Origin: an uncultured Acidiferrobacteraceae bacterium
Lineage (GTDB): Bacteria; Pseudomonadota; Gammaproteobacteria; Arenicellales; UBA868
NCBI GenBank assembly: GCA_964343365.1
Contig: CAYFJI010000001.1
Coordinates: forward strand, 31,102 to 95,101
DNA length: 64,000 nucleotides
Direction of reading: 5' to 3'
Shown: positions 39,304-49,681 of the stretch, one piece after another
Layout: the number at the start of each line of letters is the position of its first letter
Position numbering within the stretch: position 1 is the first letter of the stretch
Translations under genes and position numbers: made by a program
Notes under the pieces: model-generated
The model's database searches: none
Told to the model about the DNA's origin: nothing
What the model saw: the letters and a program-made list of their open reading frames with translations, nothing else

Positions 39304-40071
39304 TTACAACGATGATTGCAGGTGGCCACCGTCAACGACGATAGTAGTTCCAGTCATGTAAGACGAAGCGTTGGATGCGAGAAGGAGTAGCGAACCTGAA
39401 AGCTCTTCCGGCCTTCCTATTCGTCGTTGCGGAATATTTTTTACAATACCCTCGCCTTTTTTTCCCTCAAAAAAATCTTCATTCATTTCGGTCATAAAAT
39501 ATCCAGGAGCTATAGCATTGACCCGTATATTTTCTTTAGCCCATTCTAGAGCTAGGCTTTTGGTCAGTTGAATGAGCCCTGCTTTCGATGCTGCATAGGA
39601 ACTTACAGCTTTTGCAACCCGATATCCCATAATAGAACTAATATTAATTATTGTCCCCGGTTGGTTTTGTTGAATTAATCGTTGTGCTACTTGTTGTGCC
39701 ACCAACCAAGCACCTTTAAGATTAGTATCGATCACACGATCCCATTCTGATTCAACAATTTCTGTAGCTAACAGAGTATTAGCCACACCAGCGTTGTTTA
39801 CTAGAATATCTATCAGTCCCAATTCCTTTTCTAATTGGTCAAGAGCAGAAACAATTGTTTCTATTTTAGTTACGTCCATCTCATGAAACGACGCCGTGGC
39901 GCCCATACTGTTTAATTCATCTGTAAACTGGCTTAGCCTATCTGTTCTTCGGGCCACAAGAGCTACCTTAGCTCCAGCCTTGACCAGAGTTTTTGCGAAA
40001 TGCTGACCGAGACCACTGGATGCGCCTGTGACGAGCGCAGTGTGACCCTTTAAGCTAAAAAGTGTTTCCAT
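39304..40071 (-). CDS. Short-chain dehydrogenase/reductase (classical SDR, FabG-like)
   Basis: TGASSGLG cofactor motif, NNAG, and the catalytic YAASKAG (YxxxK). Confidence 0.85.
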   Translation of the reverse strand: METLFSLKGHTALVTGASSGLGQHFAKTLVKAGAKVALVARRTDRLSQFTDELNSMGATASFHEMDVTKIETIVSALDQLEKELGLIDILVNNAGVANTLLATEIVESEWDRVIDTNLKGAWLVAQQVAQRLIQQNQPGTIINISSIMGYRVAKAVSSYAASKAGLIQLTKSLALEWAKENIRVNAIAPGYFMTEMNEDFFEGKKGEGIVKNIPQRRIGRPEELSGSLLLLASNASSYMTGTTIVVDGGHLQSSL

Positions 40072-40791
40072 ACCAATTCTGCATCCTACACGTCAAAGAA
40101 ACGACAGTTTAACCGAAACCAATCCAGAGGTTTGAATGCAAGAGATACTTTGATTATATTGGGCTTAAGACAAGATAATTAGCGTAATTTTTGATACGTG
40201 ACCTCGAGCCATCCAGCCCTGCGATGGACTAATTCACCTTCGATAACCAGCCATCCTAGAGTATTCTGTATACCTTCGTGCCCTTTTGTGTGGGTGATTT
40301 CGCAATAAAGTCGATTGTAGTGCTATTTGTTTATAAACAGCACGTTTGGCTAATGACTATTATGAGTTCGAAATTCATTAGATGCACGAAAAATAAAGCT
40401 TAACATTTTGTTAGATTCGTATTCTTAAAAGCGGCTTTTTTGATTTGTTTAATTCTCAGATCATCAGATTACAAAAAATTTAACCTAATTTTTAAAATTA
40501 AATAAAATTTTTTCAAATCCAATGTTGTTGCGGAAATGCTTTTGAATCGATTTAGCCCCCGATTTTTAGGTCTAATCTTGCTACCAGTAAAATTATGTCC
40601 AGAGTATAGAATCGAAGGAGTATGAATTTTCGAGTTTGTTCCATACCTATTGAGTTATCTCTGATGAGGTAGAAAAATAGCTACCAATACAGCTAAACTA
40701 AAGGTAATCAATTGACTAGACCCAATTCAAATGACACGGACTAGCCATAGATTTTTTTAATTAACGGTGATACCAAAAAGGATATAGTAAA

Positions 40792-41550
40792 TTGATCGAT
40801 TCGCATTTTGTGGCTTTTCCGGTGCTTCAGAGAATTGTTAAAATTTTATTCCTAGTTCTCTCCATTGCAGGAGTATCTGTTTGTGCGGTTGCTGATGATA
40901 TTCCCCAGGCAGTTACTCAAGCGATCGTTGAAATTTTTCCTACCACCAAACCTAGTATTATTGAGGCAAGCCCACTACCAAATATATTTGTGGTGGTGAT
41001 TGGGACAAATGTGATTTATATCTCCCATGATGGTCGCTATGCGATCTCTGGAGATTTGATTGAACTAGAGTCCGGCAAGAACTTGTCTGAGAATGTTCGA
41101 AGTAGTCTTAGAAAAAATATTATCGCAGACCTGGATGAATCGGGCTTGGTAATCTACAACCCACTCCAAACCCGAACTACCATAACTGTATTTACGGATA
41201 TTTCTTGCCCCTACTGCGCGCGCTTTCATGAAGAGATGGATGACTTGCTGAGTGCCGGCATTAGAGTACGGTACGCCGGTTTTCCACGAGCAGGTATTCC
41301 ATCTAAAGCTAATGATGCTTTGGTCTCAGTTTGGTGTTCGGATGATCCAGAGACAGCTATGACTGATGCTAAATCAGGCAATTATGTGGAAGAGAGGAAA
41401 TGTGATACATCTATAGATAAACATTTAGAGATTGCGGAAAGAATTGGTATTCGTGGTACACCAACGATTGTTTTGGCTAATGGAGACCTTATACCTGGTT
41501 TCGTACCAGCAGATGAGATTATTAGGGCGATCGACGTAAACTTGGATTAA
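40792..41550 (+). CDS. dsbC: Periplasmic disulfide isomerase DsbC/DsbG family
   Basis: Signal-like N-terminus, dimerisation domain, CPYC active site and GTPT cis-Pro loop. TTG start as listed. Confidence 0.75.
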   Translation: MIDSHFVAFPVLQRIVKILFLVLSIAGVSVCAVADDIPQAVTQAIVEIFPTTKPSIIEASPLPNIFVVVIGTNVIYISHDGRYAISGDLIELESGKNLSENVRSSLRKNIIADLDESGLVIYNPLQTRTTITVFTDISCPYCARFHEEMDDLLSAGIRVRYAGFPRAGIPSKANDALVSVWCSDDPETAMTDAKSGNYVEERKCDTSIDKHLEIAERIGIRGTPTIVLANGDLIPGFVPADEIIRAIDVNLD

Positions 41551-41661
41551 GTTTTGCTAATCGAGTTTGTAGGTTCTTTTTAAATTGAAATCCGCGGTTA
41601 AATTTATAGCACTGTTAGCTGTCAATCTTGCAGCTAATCAAAGAGCTAGAGAATAAATAAC

Positions 41662-42204
41662 ATGCATTTTAGAAATGTATTCCTAAGAGCTCTTATTTTT
41701 AGTGTGGTTTTTTTTGATTCCCCTCTAATGGCTGATGAGATCTTAGATACGCCATTTTTTGCGATATCAAATTCTCCATATGCGTCAGACTTCAGTTTAT
41801 CTGATGAGAGAGGCAAGACATGGAGTCTTTCAACATTACAAGGCAAAGTAGTGGTGCTAAATTTTTGGGCGACCTGGTGTGTACCGTGTCGCAAAGAGCT
41901 GCCCAGTATGCGTGTGTTAACAGAAACACTGGATAGTGAACGTTTTCAGTTATTAGCAATTAATGTTGGTGAAGATTTATCAGATATTCAAAAGTTTATT
42001 GGGAATTTTGATCCACCATTGAATTTTCCTATATTGCTGGATACGAATATGAAAGTAGTTAGCGAGTGGGGTGTGAGGGGCGTGCCAACCACCTATATTA
42101 TCGACAAAAAAGGGCGATTGGTAGAATTTGCAGAAGGTGAAGTCAATTTTACACAGAAAACGATGGTGGAAAAACTCAGGTACTTCATTGTAGACGATTT
42201 TTAA
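41662..42204 (+). CDS. TlpA/ResA-like periplasmic thiol-disulfide oxidoreductase
   Basis: Signal peptide, NFWATWCVPCRKELP active site and the GVPTTYIID motif. Confidence 0.75.
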   Translation: MHFRNVFLRALIFSVVFFDSPLMADEILDTPFFAISNSPYASDFSLSDERGKTWSLSTLQGKVVVLNFWATWCVPCRKELPSMRVLTETLDSERFQLLAINVGEDLSDIQKFIGNFDPPLNFPILLDTNMKVVSEWGVRGVPTTYIIDKKGRLVEFAEGEVNFTQKTMVEKLRYFIVDDF

Positions 42205-42231
42205 GATTAATTTATAAAAAATATTATATTC

Positions 42232-42759
42232 ATGAGAACGCTAAAGTTTTTTTTGCCAATTTCGATTTTTTTGGTATTGATTGCTTTTTTAACTGTTGGT
42301 TTGAGTCTTGATCCTGGGAAGGTGCCTTCCCCATTGATTAATCGACCGGCGCCAAATTTTAAATTGCCAGAATTGGTGAAAAAAGGCTCGGAATTTTCTA
42401 CTTTGGATCTCCAAGGAGAAGTCTGGTTGCTCAATGTTTGGGCTTCCTGGTGTGTTGCCTGTCGTGATGAACATAAATATTTGCAGATATTGGAGCGCGA
42501 GAAGATGGCCCAATTGATTGGCCTTAATTACAAAGATAAAGCCGAAGATGCTATTCTTTGGCTGAATACTTTTGGTAACCCATATTCCAGTATAGCTGTA
42601 GATTTAGTAGGTGATGTAGCCATCGATTGGGGCGTTTACGGTGTCCCAGAAACCTTTGTGATTGATTCGGAAGGAATGATCCGATATAAGCACATTGGAC
42701 CAGTCAACCAAAATGTCCTGGACAACGAAATTTTGCCACTTTTACGACGGATTCAATGA
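42232..42759 (+). CDS. ccmG: Thiol:disulfide interchange protein DsbE/CcmG
   Basis: N-terminal anchor, NVWASWCVACRDEH active site and the GVYGVPETFVID motif characteristic of CcmG. No other ccm gene is visible here. Confidence 0.75.
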   Translation: MRTLKFFLPISIFLVLIAFLTVGLSLDPGKVPSPLINRPAPNFKLPELVKKGSEFSTLDLQGEVWLLNVWASWCVACRDEHKYLQILEREKMAQLIGLNYKDKAEDAILWLNTFGNPYSSIAVDLVGDVAIDWGVYGVPETFVIDSEGMIRYKHIGPVNQNVLDNEILPLLRRIQ

Positions 42760-42793
42760 AAAGTTTCTGGTTAAATCAGGATGAAAAAACACG

Positions 42794-43666
42794 TTAGACG
42801 ATCTTTCTGAGATCATACTCGAGAATACCTTCGGCCCCATTTTGGCGCAATTTTGGGATTAGATCGCGGACGATATTGCTATCAACGACAGTTTCAAGCG
42901 CTACCCAGCCTTTATCTGACAATTTACTTATAGTGGGTGAATGTAGGCTCGGGAGCTGGGCAATAATTGCTGCCAGATTTTTTTCAGGAGCGTTCATTTT
43001 TAGTGCCACCTTTTGTCGTGCTCGTAACGAAGCTTGAAGAAGTAATGCAATTTGCTCTATTTTATCCCTTTTCCAGGGATCAGATAGGGCCTCTTTGTTG
43101 GTGATTAAGCGGGTATGTGTGTGCAACAAATCACAGATTATGCGTAAACCGTTGGCGCGAATAGTGTTGCCTGTCTCAGTAATTTCAACTACCGCATCAA
43201 CAAGTCCTTGTACAGCTTTGGCCTCTGTAGCCCCCCATGAAAATTCCACCTCACAATCGATATTTCGTTCACTCAGATATCGACGAGTAAACTGAACAAG
43301 TTCAGTAGCAATCTTTTTTCCATTCAAGTCTTCAAGTGATTGAATAGAAGAGTTTTCTGGCACTACCAGAACCCATCTACAAGGTTGGTTGGAAGTTTTT
43401 GAATATACTAAATCGCAGACTTCTTCAACTTCAATTCCACTTTCGAGTATCCAATCAAGACCCGTAAGCCCTAGATCTAAGCTACCTTGACCCACGTAAA
43501 TTGCCATTTCCTGAGAGCGTACTAACGCGCATGAAATCTCAGGATCGTTGATACTCGGGAAGTAATTCCGTGATTGCGGACGTATTTCCCACCCAGCTTG
43601 TCGAAATAAACCAATAGTTGCGTCTTCTAAACTACCCTTTGGTATTCCAAGATTTAATTTACGCAT
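42794..43666 (-). CDS. hisG: ATP phosphoribosyltransferase, long form
   Basis: 290 aa. MRKLNLGIPKGSL..., with catalytic and C-terminal regulatory domains collinear with long-form HisG. No other his gene is adjacent. Confidence 0.9.
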   Translation of the reverse strand: MRKLNLGIPKGSLEDATIGLFRQAGWEIRPQSRNYFPSINDPEISCALVRSQEMAIYVGQGSLDLGLTGLDWILESGIEVEEVCDLVYSKTSNQPCRWVLVVPENSSIQSLEDLNGKKIATELVQFTRRYLSERNIDCEVEFSWGATEAKAVQGLVDAVVEITETGNTIRANGLRIICDLLHTHTRLITNKEALSDPWKRDKIEQIALLLQASLRARQKVALKMNAPEKNLAAIIAQLPSLHSPTISKLSDKGWVALETVVDSNIVRDLIPKLRQNGAEGILEYDLRKIV

Positions 43667-44070
43667 AGCTTAAGAATCCTTAGGAGATGCCAGCTCCGAA
43701 TAATAGGTGGATTTGACGGCAATTATCGCACAGACTTGCAAGCAGAAACGCCTTGCGAGATATATACGCTGTTAAACAACCTATAAAGTGAAGCCTCATA
43801 TTTTAAGGTAGTCCGACCTATAGTGCGGTAAAAGGCCTACCTGGCACCGTAGCGCATATCAATACAGTGTTTGTTATTTTGCTCATAGTAGTTTTCACCC
43901 TCAGGCTTCGATACATAGTGATTTTTTCCTTAGCAAAGTTGAACTGAAGGTTTCTAAAGATAATGTGCGAGCTTCTCCATCTTAGTTGCTAATTCTCTGA
44001 CGTAAACGGTTGATCTAAAAGTGGGAAATAATAATTCTTGTTCATCAAATTGGCTCGATCTAAGACTAAA

Positions 44071-44079
44071 TTATTCACA
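44071..44079 (+). promoter_or_regulatory. DnaA-box-like 9-mer TTATTCACA
   Basis: Exact match to the relaxed DnaA box consensus TTWTNCACA, inside an AT-rich part of a 705-bp gene-free gap. Confidence 0.35.
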
Positions 44080-44247
44080 TTATTTGATTGATGTGAGTGT
44101 TTTGTTAAATTATATAGAGCAGATCATTATCGAGAGGCTAACTTATTCTTAACTGATTGATTATAATGGGAAAAATATGTTGCTCAAGAAATGAGCAATT
44201 CAAAGAAAACCTGAGAATACTATGATATTCCAATGATTATAGAGCAT

Positions 44248-44268
44248 TTATTCACAGAGTTATCCACA
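44248..44268 (+). promoter_or_regulatory. Tandem DnaA boxes: TTATTCACA, gag, TTATCCACA
   Basis: A perfect consensus box TTATCCACA (44260-44268) sits 3 bp after a one-mismatch box (44248-44256) in the same orientation, ~105 bp upstream of the priA ORF start. A weak inverted box, TGTGGGCAA, lies at 44275-44283. Confidence 0.5.
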
Positions 44269-44371
44269 ACAAACTGTGGGCAACTCTGAAGTCCTTTTTT
44301 TCTCAATACCTTACCAAAGTTCGTTACGAAATGACTCGCGCCTTTCTCTCTAAATTAGGACTAAACAATTC

Positions 44372-46609
44372 TTGAAAATACAAAAAAAAGATCCTCGCGA
44401 AACTGTAGTTAAAGTGGCATTGCCAGTGCCTCTTAGGAGAACATTCGATTATCGCTTATCTGATGATCAATGCCGAGTTAAGCCTGGATTTAGGATCGAA
44501 GTTGAGCTTCAGAATCGTCGGATGGTCGGTTTAGTAATGAAAGTAGGATCAAATTCGAGTGTTCCGCTGCATAGGCTTAAAATGGTGAGTGCTGTCATCG
44601 ATCAAGAGCCGTCTGTCCCGCCTAAGTTTTTGAGATTTCTTATGTGGGTATCTCAGTATTACCACCATCCAGTCGGTGAGGTTATTCAGTCAGCATTACC
44701 GAGCGTGATTCGTAGAAATCAAGTGATGCGCCCAAATTTGCCTGCACGCTATTTTTTGACACCGTCTGGTCAGTCGGCTTTAATTGATTTGTCCAAGCGT
44801 GCCAAAGTGCAAAAAGAAATACTATCCGCGTTAAAAAAGGCTGGTACTGAGGGTTTATTGGCATCGAAACTGAATCAACTGTTTATTAAAAGTCCAACAA
44901 CAACCTTAAATTTGTTGCAAAATAGACACTGGATTTATTCTGAATCTAGGGTTGAAGATTATTTGCTGCAGGGTGCTCAAGAAAGGACACCCGCCCTTAA
45001 CCCATCACAAATCAAAGTAATTGACAAAATAAAGTCTAATTTCTTCACCTATGCGCCATTCCTTTTGCAGGGTGTTACGGGTAGTGGAAAAACAGAAATT
45101 TACTTAAGAATAGCATCTAGTATATTGAAGTCTGGTCATCAAGTTCTTGTTTTGGTTCCAGAAATTGCTTTGACGCCACAACTTTTGGATCGGTTTGAAC
45201 ATGGCATCGTTGGAAAAATAGCAGTAATGCATTCGGGCCTCACGGATCGTGATCGTCATATTGCTTGGTGGTCAGCCAAACAAGGGCTTGCTGACGTTAT
45301 TGTTGGCACACGTTCCGCAGTGTTTATACCATTAGCGCGACCTGGCTTATATATTATCGATGAGGAGCATGATCAGTCTTACAAGCAACAAGATGGATTC
45401 CGCTATCATGCAAGAGATTTGATAGTGAAACGAGCTCATCAGGATGGAGTTCCTGTAGTCTTAGGTTCAGCGACTCCATCATTTGAGTCGATAGAGAACG
45501 CTCAGCGACAGCGTTATCACCACCTGCAACTTCAGAGACGAGCTGGGGGCGCAATTCTACCCTCTTTTCAACTATTGGACTTAACACGACTACCTACAAG
45601 GTTTGGCATCACCGCACCTGTAATTCATGCTTTGCAAGAACGTTTAGATCGGCAGGAACAGAGCATTGTTTACGTCAATCGTCGCGGATTTGCTCCAATT
45701 TATATGTGTGTGTCTTGCAGTTGGCAAGCTCGATGCAATAGGTGTGAGATTCGAATGACTCTGCATCAAACAACTCGACACCTGCTTTGCCACCATTGTG
45801 GGCAGTCACGTGCTTTGCCAGAAAATTGTCCAGAATGCGGTCATGCCAAATTTTATCCAATTGGCGAAGGTACGCAAAGAATCGAAGATGCATTAAAAAA
45901 AGAGCTACCGACAGCTCGAATTCTGAGAATTGATAGTGATGCCATACATTCTTCAATTCAATTTAAAACTATTCTGACACAAGTGAAAAAGAGAGAGGTA
46001 GATGTACTTGTTGGTACACAACTTTTGGGAAAAGGCCACGATTTTCCAGCAGTTACTTTAGTATGCATTTTAAATGCTGATAGTGGTCTCTATAGCATTG
46101 ACTTTAGGGCGGCGGAGAAATTATATCAACAGTTAACACAGGTGGCCGGAAGAGCTGGCCGTGGCCAAAAACCCGGCCAAGTTTTGGTTCAAACAAGATA
46201 TCCTGATGATGCTTCCTTTTTAAAACTTTCAAGAAATGATTTTGATGGTTTTGTGAAGTCAGAACTGTCACAACGACGTTTAGCTGAATGTCCACCATTT
46301 AAAAGATTTGTGCTATTGCGTGCTGATTCTTCTGTTCGAGGTGCTTCCCTTAAATTTGTCTCTGCTGCTGCCGCTTCTGGCCGGCGTAAACTAATGGCAC
46401 TAAATGAAGCTAGTGTACAAATATTTGACCCAGTGCCATCCCCAATGGAGCGTAAAGCTGGACGTTATCGTGCTCAGTTGCTTGTAACGAGTTTAGCCCA
46501 AGGCCCGTTGCATGATTTTCTTGATCAATGGATAGAAGATATAGAAAAGCTTAAAGAGAGGCGCCTATCACGTTGGTCGCTGGACGTAGACCCAGTAGAG
46601 ATGTACTAG
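44372..46609 (+). CDS. priA: Primosomal replication-restart helicase PriA
   Basis: N-terminal VALPVPL...FDY, Walker A GVTGSGKTEIY, DEEH box (IIDEEHD) and a Cys-rich zinc insert (CVSCSW..CNRC...CHHCG...CPECGH). The exact start (TTG 44372 or a downstream GTG) is uncertain. Confidence 0.92.
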   Translation: MKIQKKDPRETVVKVALPVPLRRTFDYRLSDDQCRVKPGFRIEVELQNRRMVGLVMKVGSNSSVPLHRLKMVSAVIDQEPSVPPKFLRFLMWVSQYYHHPVGEVIQSALPSVIRRNQVMRPNLPARYFLTPSGQSALIDLSKRAKVQKEILSALKKAGTEGLLASKLNQLFIKSPTTTLNLLQNRHWIYSESRVEDYLLQGAQERTPALNPSQIKVIDKIKSNFFTYAPFLLQGVTGSGKTEIYLRIASSILKSGHQVLVLVPEIALTPQLLDRFEHGIVGKIAVMHSGLTDRDRHIAWWSAKQGLADVIVGTRSAVFIPLARPGLYIIDEEHDQSYKQQDGFRYHARDLIVKRAHQDGVPVVLGSATPSFESIENAQRQRYHHLQLQRRAGGAILPSFQLLDLTRLPTRFGITAPVIHALQERLDRQEQSIVYVNRRGFAPIYMCVSCSWQARCNRCEIRMTLHQTTRHLLCHHCGQSRALPENCPECGHAKFYPIGEGTQRIEDALKKELPTARILRIDSDAIHSSIQFKTILTQVKKREVDVLVGTQLLGKGHDFPAVTLVCILNADSGLYSIDFRAAEKLYQQLTQVAGRAGRGQKPGQVLVQTRYPDDASFLKLSRNDFDGFVKSELSQRRLAECPPFKRFVLLRADSSVRGASLKFVSAAAASGRRKLMALNEASVQIFDPVPSPMERKAGRYRAQLLVTSLAQGPLHDFLDQWIEDIEKLKERRLSRWSLDVDPVEMY

Positions 46610-46898
46610 TTTTTTGGCCAGATTCTTTTTAACTTGCTATAGTTGAACTTGTTTGTGGAAAGATTACAAAACATTGCTGAACGTGGAGATGTTACTCTAA
46701 GATGGTCGCATATGAGCTAATATGCAGGTTGAACTCTTATGCAAATTCTTACTAATATGCGGAGCGATGAAATATAGTTTCGTAAAATATGATAGGTAGA
46801 GCAAGGACTCGCATGCGAACTGATTAAGCAAATTTGATGTAGTCGACCGAGGATAGTCATAATCCTTACAATCAACTAATCTGGTTAATAACAATCTC

Positions 46899-48623
46899 AT
46901 GTCAAAAAAGATAGATTCTTCGGCTATTTTAGCAATAACTTTCGGTGGGCATGATACTTCAGCAGCTTTAATGATAGGGGATGAGCTTGTGGCGGCGTGT
47001 GCACAAGAGAGGTACACATTGGACAAGCACAGCCGTCGATTTCCCCTTGATGCAATAAACGATTGTTTATCAATAGGCAAGCTAAATATTACAGATCTTG
47101 ATCAAATAGCTTTTTGTGATGATACCAAATATTTGGTTCGAGAACGTTATCTTAGACCCGCTCTTGAAGACAATGAACGACTTAACTTTTTGTTGAATGA
47201 TATTGAAAAAATTCCAGAAACGTTGTCAATTGACGATAGGATACGTGATGAAACTGGTTTCACGGGAGAGATTAGGCAATATCGACATCACCTTTGTCAT
47301 CTCGCAAGCGCATATTATCCAAGCGGTTTTAATGAGGCCTTATTAGTTAGTTATGATGGCATGGGAGAGTGGGAAACTGGTTTGTTGGGGACTGGAAAGG
47401 ATGGCGAAATCAATGTACAAGAAAATCAAGTTTGTTTTCCCCACTCATTGGGATTGGTATATTCTGCCATTACTTTTTATCTTGGTTGGCGGCACCATTG
47501 CGATGAAGGAATAATTATGGGATTGGCACCGTATGGTGATCCAAAAGCTAATATTCCTGAATCTAGCCGAACCTATATTGGACTAATGGAAGAAATGATT
47601 GTTGAAACAGGAGATTTTAATTATGAGATTGATCAACGTTGGTTTTCTTATTACCGTGAACGAAACAAATGGGTTAGTGATGAATTCATAGAGTTGATGG
47701 GACCTAAACGCGAATCAAATACAATGGTAAATCCCCACCATATGAATTTAGCGGCGGCGTTGCAGATGAGATTAGAAACGGTGGTTCTTAATCAGTTGAA
47801 GCGTGCGAGAAAACAATTTGACATTCCACGCCTTGCTATGGCGGGTGGAGTTGCTTTGAATTGCTCGATGAACGGAAAGATTGAATCAAGTGGCTTATTC
47901 GATGAAATATTTGTTCAGCCAGGTAGCGGAGATGATGGAACAGCGATCGGTGGTTGTTATCTGGCTCGAAAAACGTTCAACCGAAGTATGAAACCAGTTC
48001 GTATGAATAATTACTATAAGGGTTATCGTCCAAGGGGAAATGAGATCGATGAAGTTGCGAATAGCTCTGATTTGGAATACACGAAACCTCATGATTTTTA
48101 TGGAGTCATTGCGGAGCGACTTGCGTCGGGGAAAATTGTTGCTTGGTTTCAAGGAGGGGCTGAGTTCGGCCCACGTGCACTCGGGAACCGCAGTATTCTT
48201 GCCAAACCATATCCTGAATCAATGAAGGATTTTATTAACGAGAGAGTAAAGTTTCGAGAATATTTTCGTCCCTTTGCTGGCGCTATATTATTTGAACATC
48301 TAGCGGATTATTGTGATATCTCGCAATTAAGCCCCCACATGTTGATTGCCTGTAAGATCCATGAAGAAAGGCAAAAAGAGGTTTCTGCTGTTGTTCATGT
48401 AGATGGAACTTGCCGGATTCAAACGGTTGACGAGAGTGATAACTTGCGTTTCAGGAAATTGATAGAAGCATTCTACCGATTGACAGGTGTTCCGGTCATT
48501 TTAAATACATCTTTTAATGTTAAAGGTCAGCCGATCGTAAATACTCCCCAACAGGCAATCGATACTTTTAAGAAAACAAATTTAGATTGTTTAGCTCTTG
48601 GAGATTTGTTTTTTGAGAAATAG
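46899..48623 (+). CDS. NodU/CmcH-family carbamoyltransferase
   Basis: N-terminal ILAITFGGHDTSAAL, metal-binding HHLCHLASAY, and a C-terminal YrdC/Kae1-like half (GGVALNC, GPRALGNRSIL). 574 aa. Confidence 0.85.
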   Translation: MSKKIDSSAILAITFGGHDTSAALMIGDELVAACAQERYTLDKHSRRFPLDAINDCLSIGKLNITDLDQIAFCDDTKYLVRERYLRPALEDNERLNFLLNDIEKIPETLSIDDRIRDETGFTGEIRQYRHHLCHLASAYYPSGFNEALLVSYDGMGEWETGLLGTGKDGEINVQENQVCFPHSLGLVYSAITFYLGWRHHCDEGIIMGLAPYGDPKANIPESSRTYIGLMEEMIVETGDFNYEIDQRWFSYYRERNKWVSDEFIELMGPKRESNTMVNPHHMNLAAALQMRLETVVLNQLKRARKQFDIPRLAMAGGVALNCSMNGKIESSGLFDEIFVQPGSGDDGTAIGGCYLARKTFNRSMKPVRMNNYYKGYRPRGNEIDEVANSSDLEYTKPHDFYGVIAERLASGKIVAWFQGGAEFGPRALGNRSILAKPYPESMKDFINERVKFREYFRPFAGAILFEHLADYCDISQLSPHMLIACKIHEERQKEVSAVVHVDGTCRIQTVDESDNLRFRKLIEAFYRLTGVPVILNTSFNVKGQPIVNTPQQAIDTFKKTNLDCLALGDLFFEK

Positions 48624-48763
48624 GAGAGAATTGCACGGTATTTCAATTTAGAATACATTTTCTTCAAAAACAATGTTCAAAATAGAAAAATTATTAGAAA
48701 TGTATTTGAGTTTTAGAAAATACTATCAACAAAAAATTTTGGTTAATAGACTCTAAGTATAGT

Positions 48764-49681
48764 ATGAATAAGTCATTAGAAAAAAGCACTAGAAAGGTTT
48801 TTCATGACATTCATTTAGATCATTTGTCTGATCCAGATGTTCGAGAGCGTCATTCTAGATTGGTTGATCCCGAAATAATGAGTCTACCCAATGATTATTT
48901 TTCTGGCTTGACATGTGGAGATCTTGGATGTGGCTCTGCGGTTCATGGTACGGTAAATCTTTTATCTCTGGGCGTGGCTCATGTTTATGCGTTGGATCTA
49001 GATGATTCATTTATCAAATCAGCAAAAAAACGACTCGAAGATAATCTTGATTTTGAAGGGCGATGGACTCTGGATATTGGATCCTTGTTAGACTTGCCAT
49101 ACGAAAATGAAAGATTTGATTTTATTCTTTGTGCAGGTGTGATCCATCATGTTTCCGATGATCATCGCGCGATAGATGAGATCTATAGAGTTTTAAAAAA
49201 AGGTGGAAAGGCATATTTATCTGTTACTGGCGGTACAGGTCTTTTGAATCGGTTTTGGATGGATATTGCGCGGGATGAATATTTTAGAAGCGACGAAATG
49301 CAGAAAATCATTCGAGAGGGACGACTGGAGGAATGGCTGAAATTGCAACTGACCGATTTGCGAGAAAATATCGAAAGAGACGATGACGAATCTTATCAAT
49401 CATCTACATTGTTTATCGATAGCTTAATTCAATTGATTGATAACGATTTGGTTTTAAGCATTAGAGATGTACTCGAAGCACCGAAGTATAAAACTTACAG
49501 TGAAGCGCAATGGTTCAGCCTTCTTAGTGATTGTGGTTTTAAGGAAACCTATAGATTCTTTAAGAAGCCGCGATACAAGAATGTAAGAAAAGTGTTTGCT
49601 CCCTTGTACCATAATTATAAGAATCCATTAGCACGGATTCTCTACGGTGATGGTTCGATGAATGTAGTTGTTACCAAATAA
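48764..49681 (+). CDS. Class I SAM-dependent methyltransferase
   Basis: Motif I GDLGCGSAVHG, LDLDDS and FDFILCAGVIHHV motifs. 305 aa. Confidence 0.7.
   Translation: MNKSLEKSTRKVFHDIHLDHLSDPDVRERHSRLVDPEIMSLPNDYFSGLTCGDLGCGSAVHGTVNLLSLGVAHVYALDLDDSFIKSAKKRLEDNLDFEGRWTLDIGSLLDLPYENERFDFILCAGVIHHVSDDHRAIDEIYRVLKKGGKAYLSVTGGTGLLNRFWMDIARDEYFRSDEMQKIIREGRLEEWLKLQLTDLRENIERDDDESYQSSTLFIDSLIQLIDNDLVLSIRDVLEAPKYKTYSEAQWFSLLSDCGFKETYRFFKKPRYKNVRKVFAPLYHNYKNPLARILYGDGSMNVVVTK

Noticed and set aside
43667-43900. A histidine-operon-style leader peptide or attenuator upstream of hisG (minus strand).
   Set aside because: The reverse-complement reading shows only a 22-codon ORF (MSKITNTVLICATVPGRPFTAL) with no run of His codons, and no terminator/antiterminator pair that I can fold by eye. 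hisG is also not followed by other his genes here.
48673-48756. A 27-codon ORF (MFKIEKLLEMYLSFRKYYQQKILVNRL) just upstream of the island-2 methyltransferase.
   Set aside because: It has no Shine-Dalgarno-like sequence, an AT-rich composition that readily yields such ORFs, and no recognisable peptide class. It is kept only as a candidate if ribosome profiling data exist.
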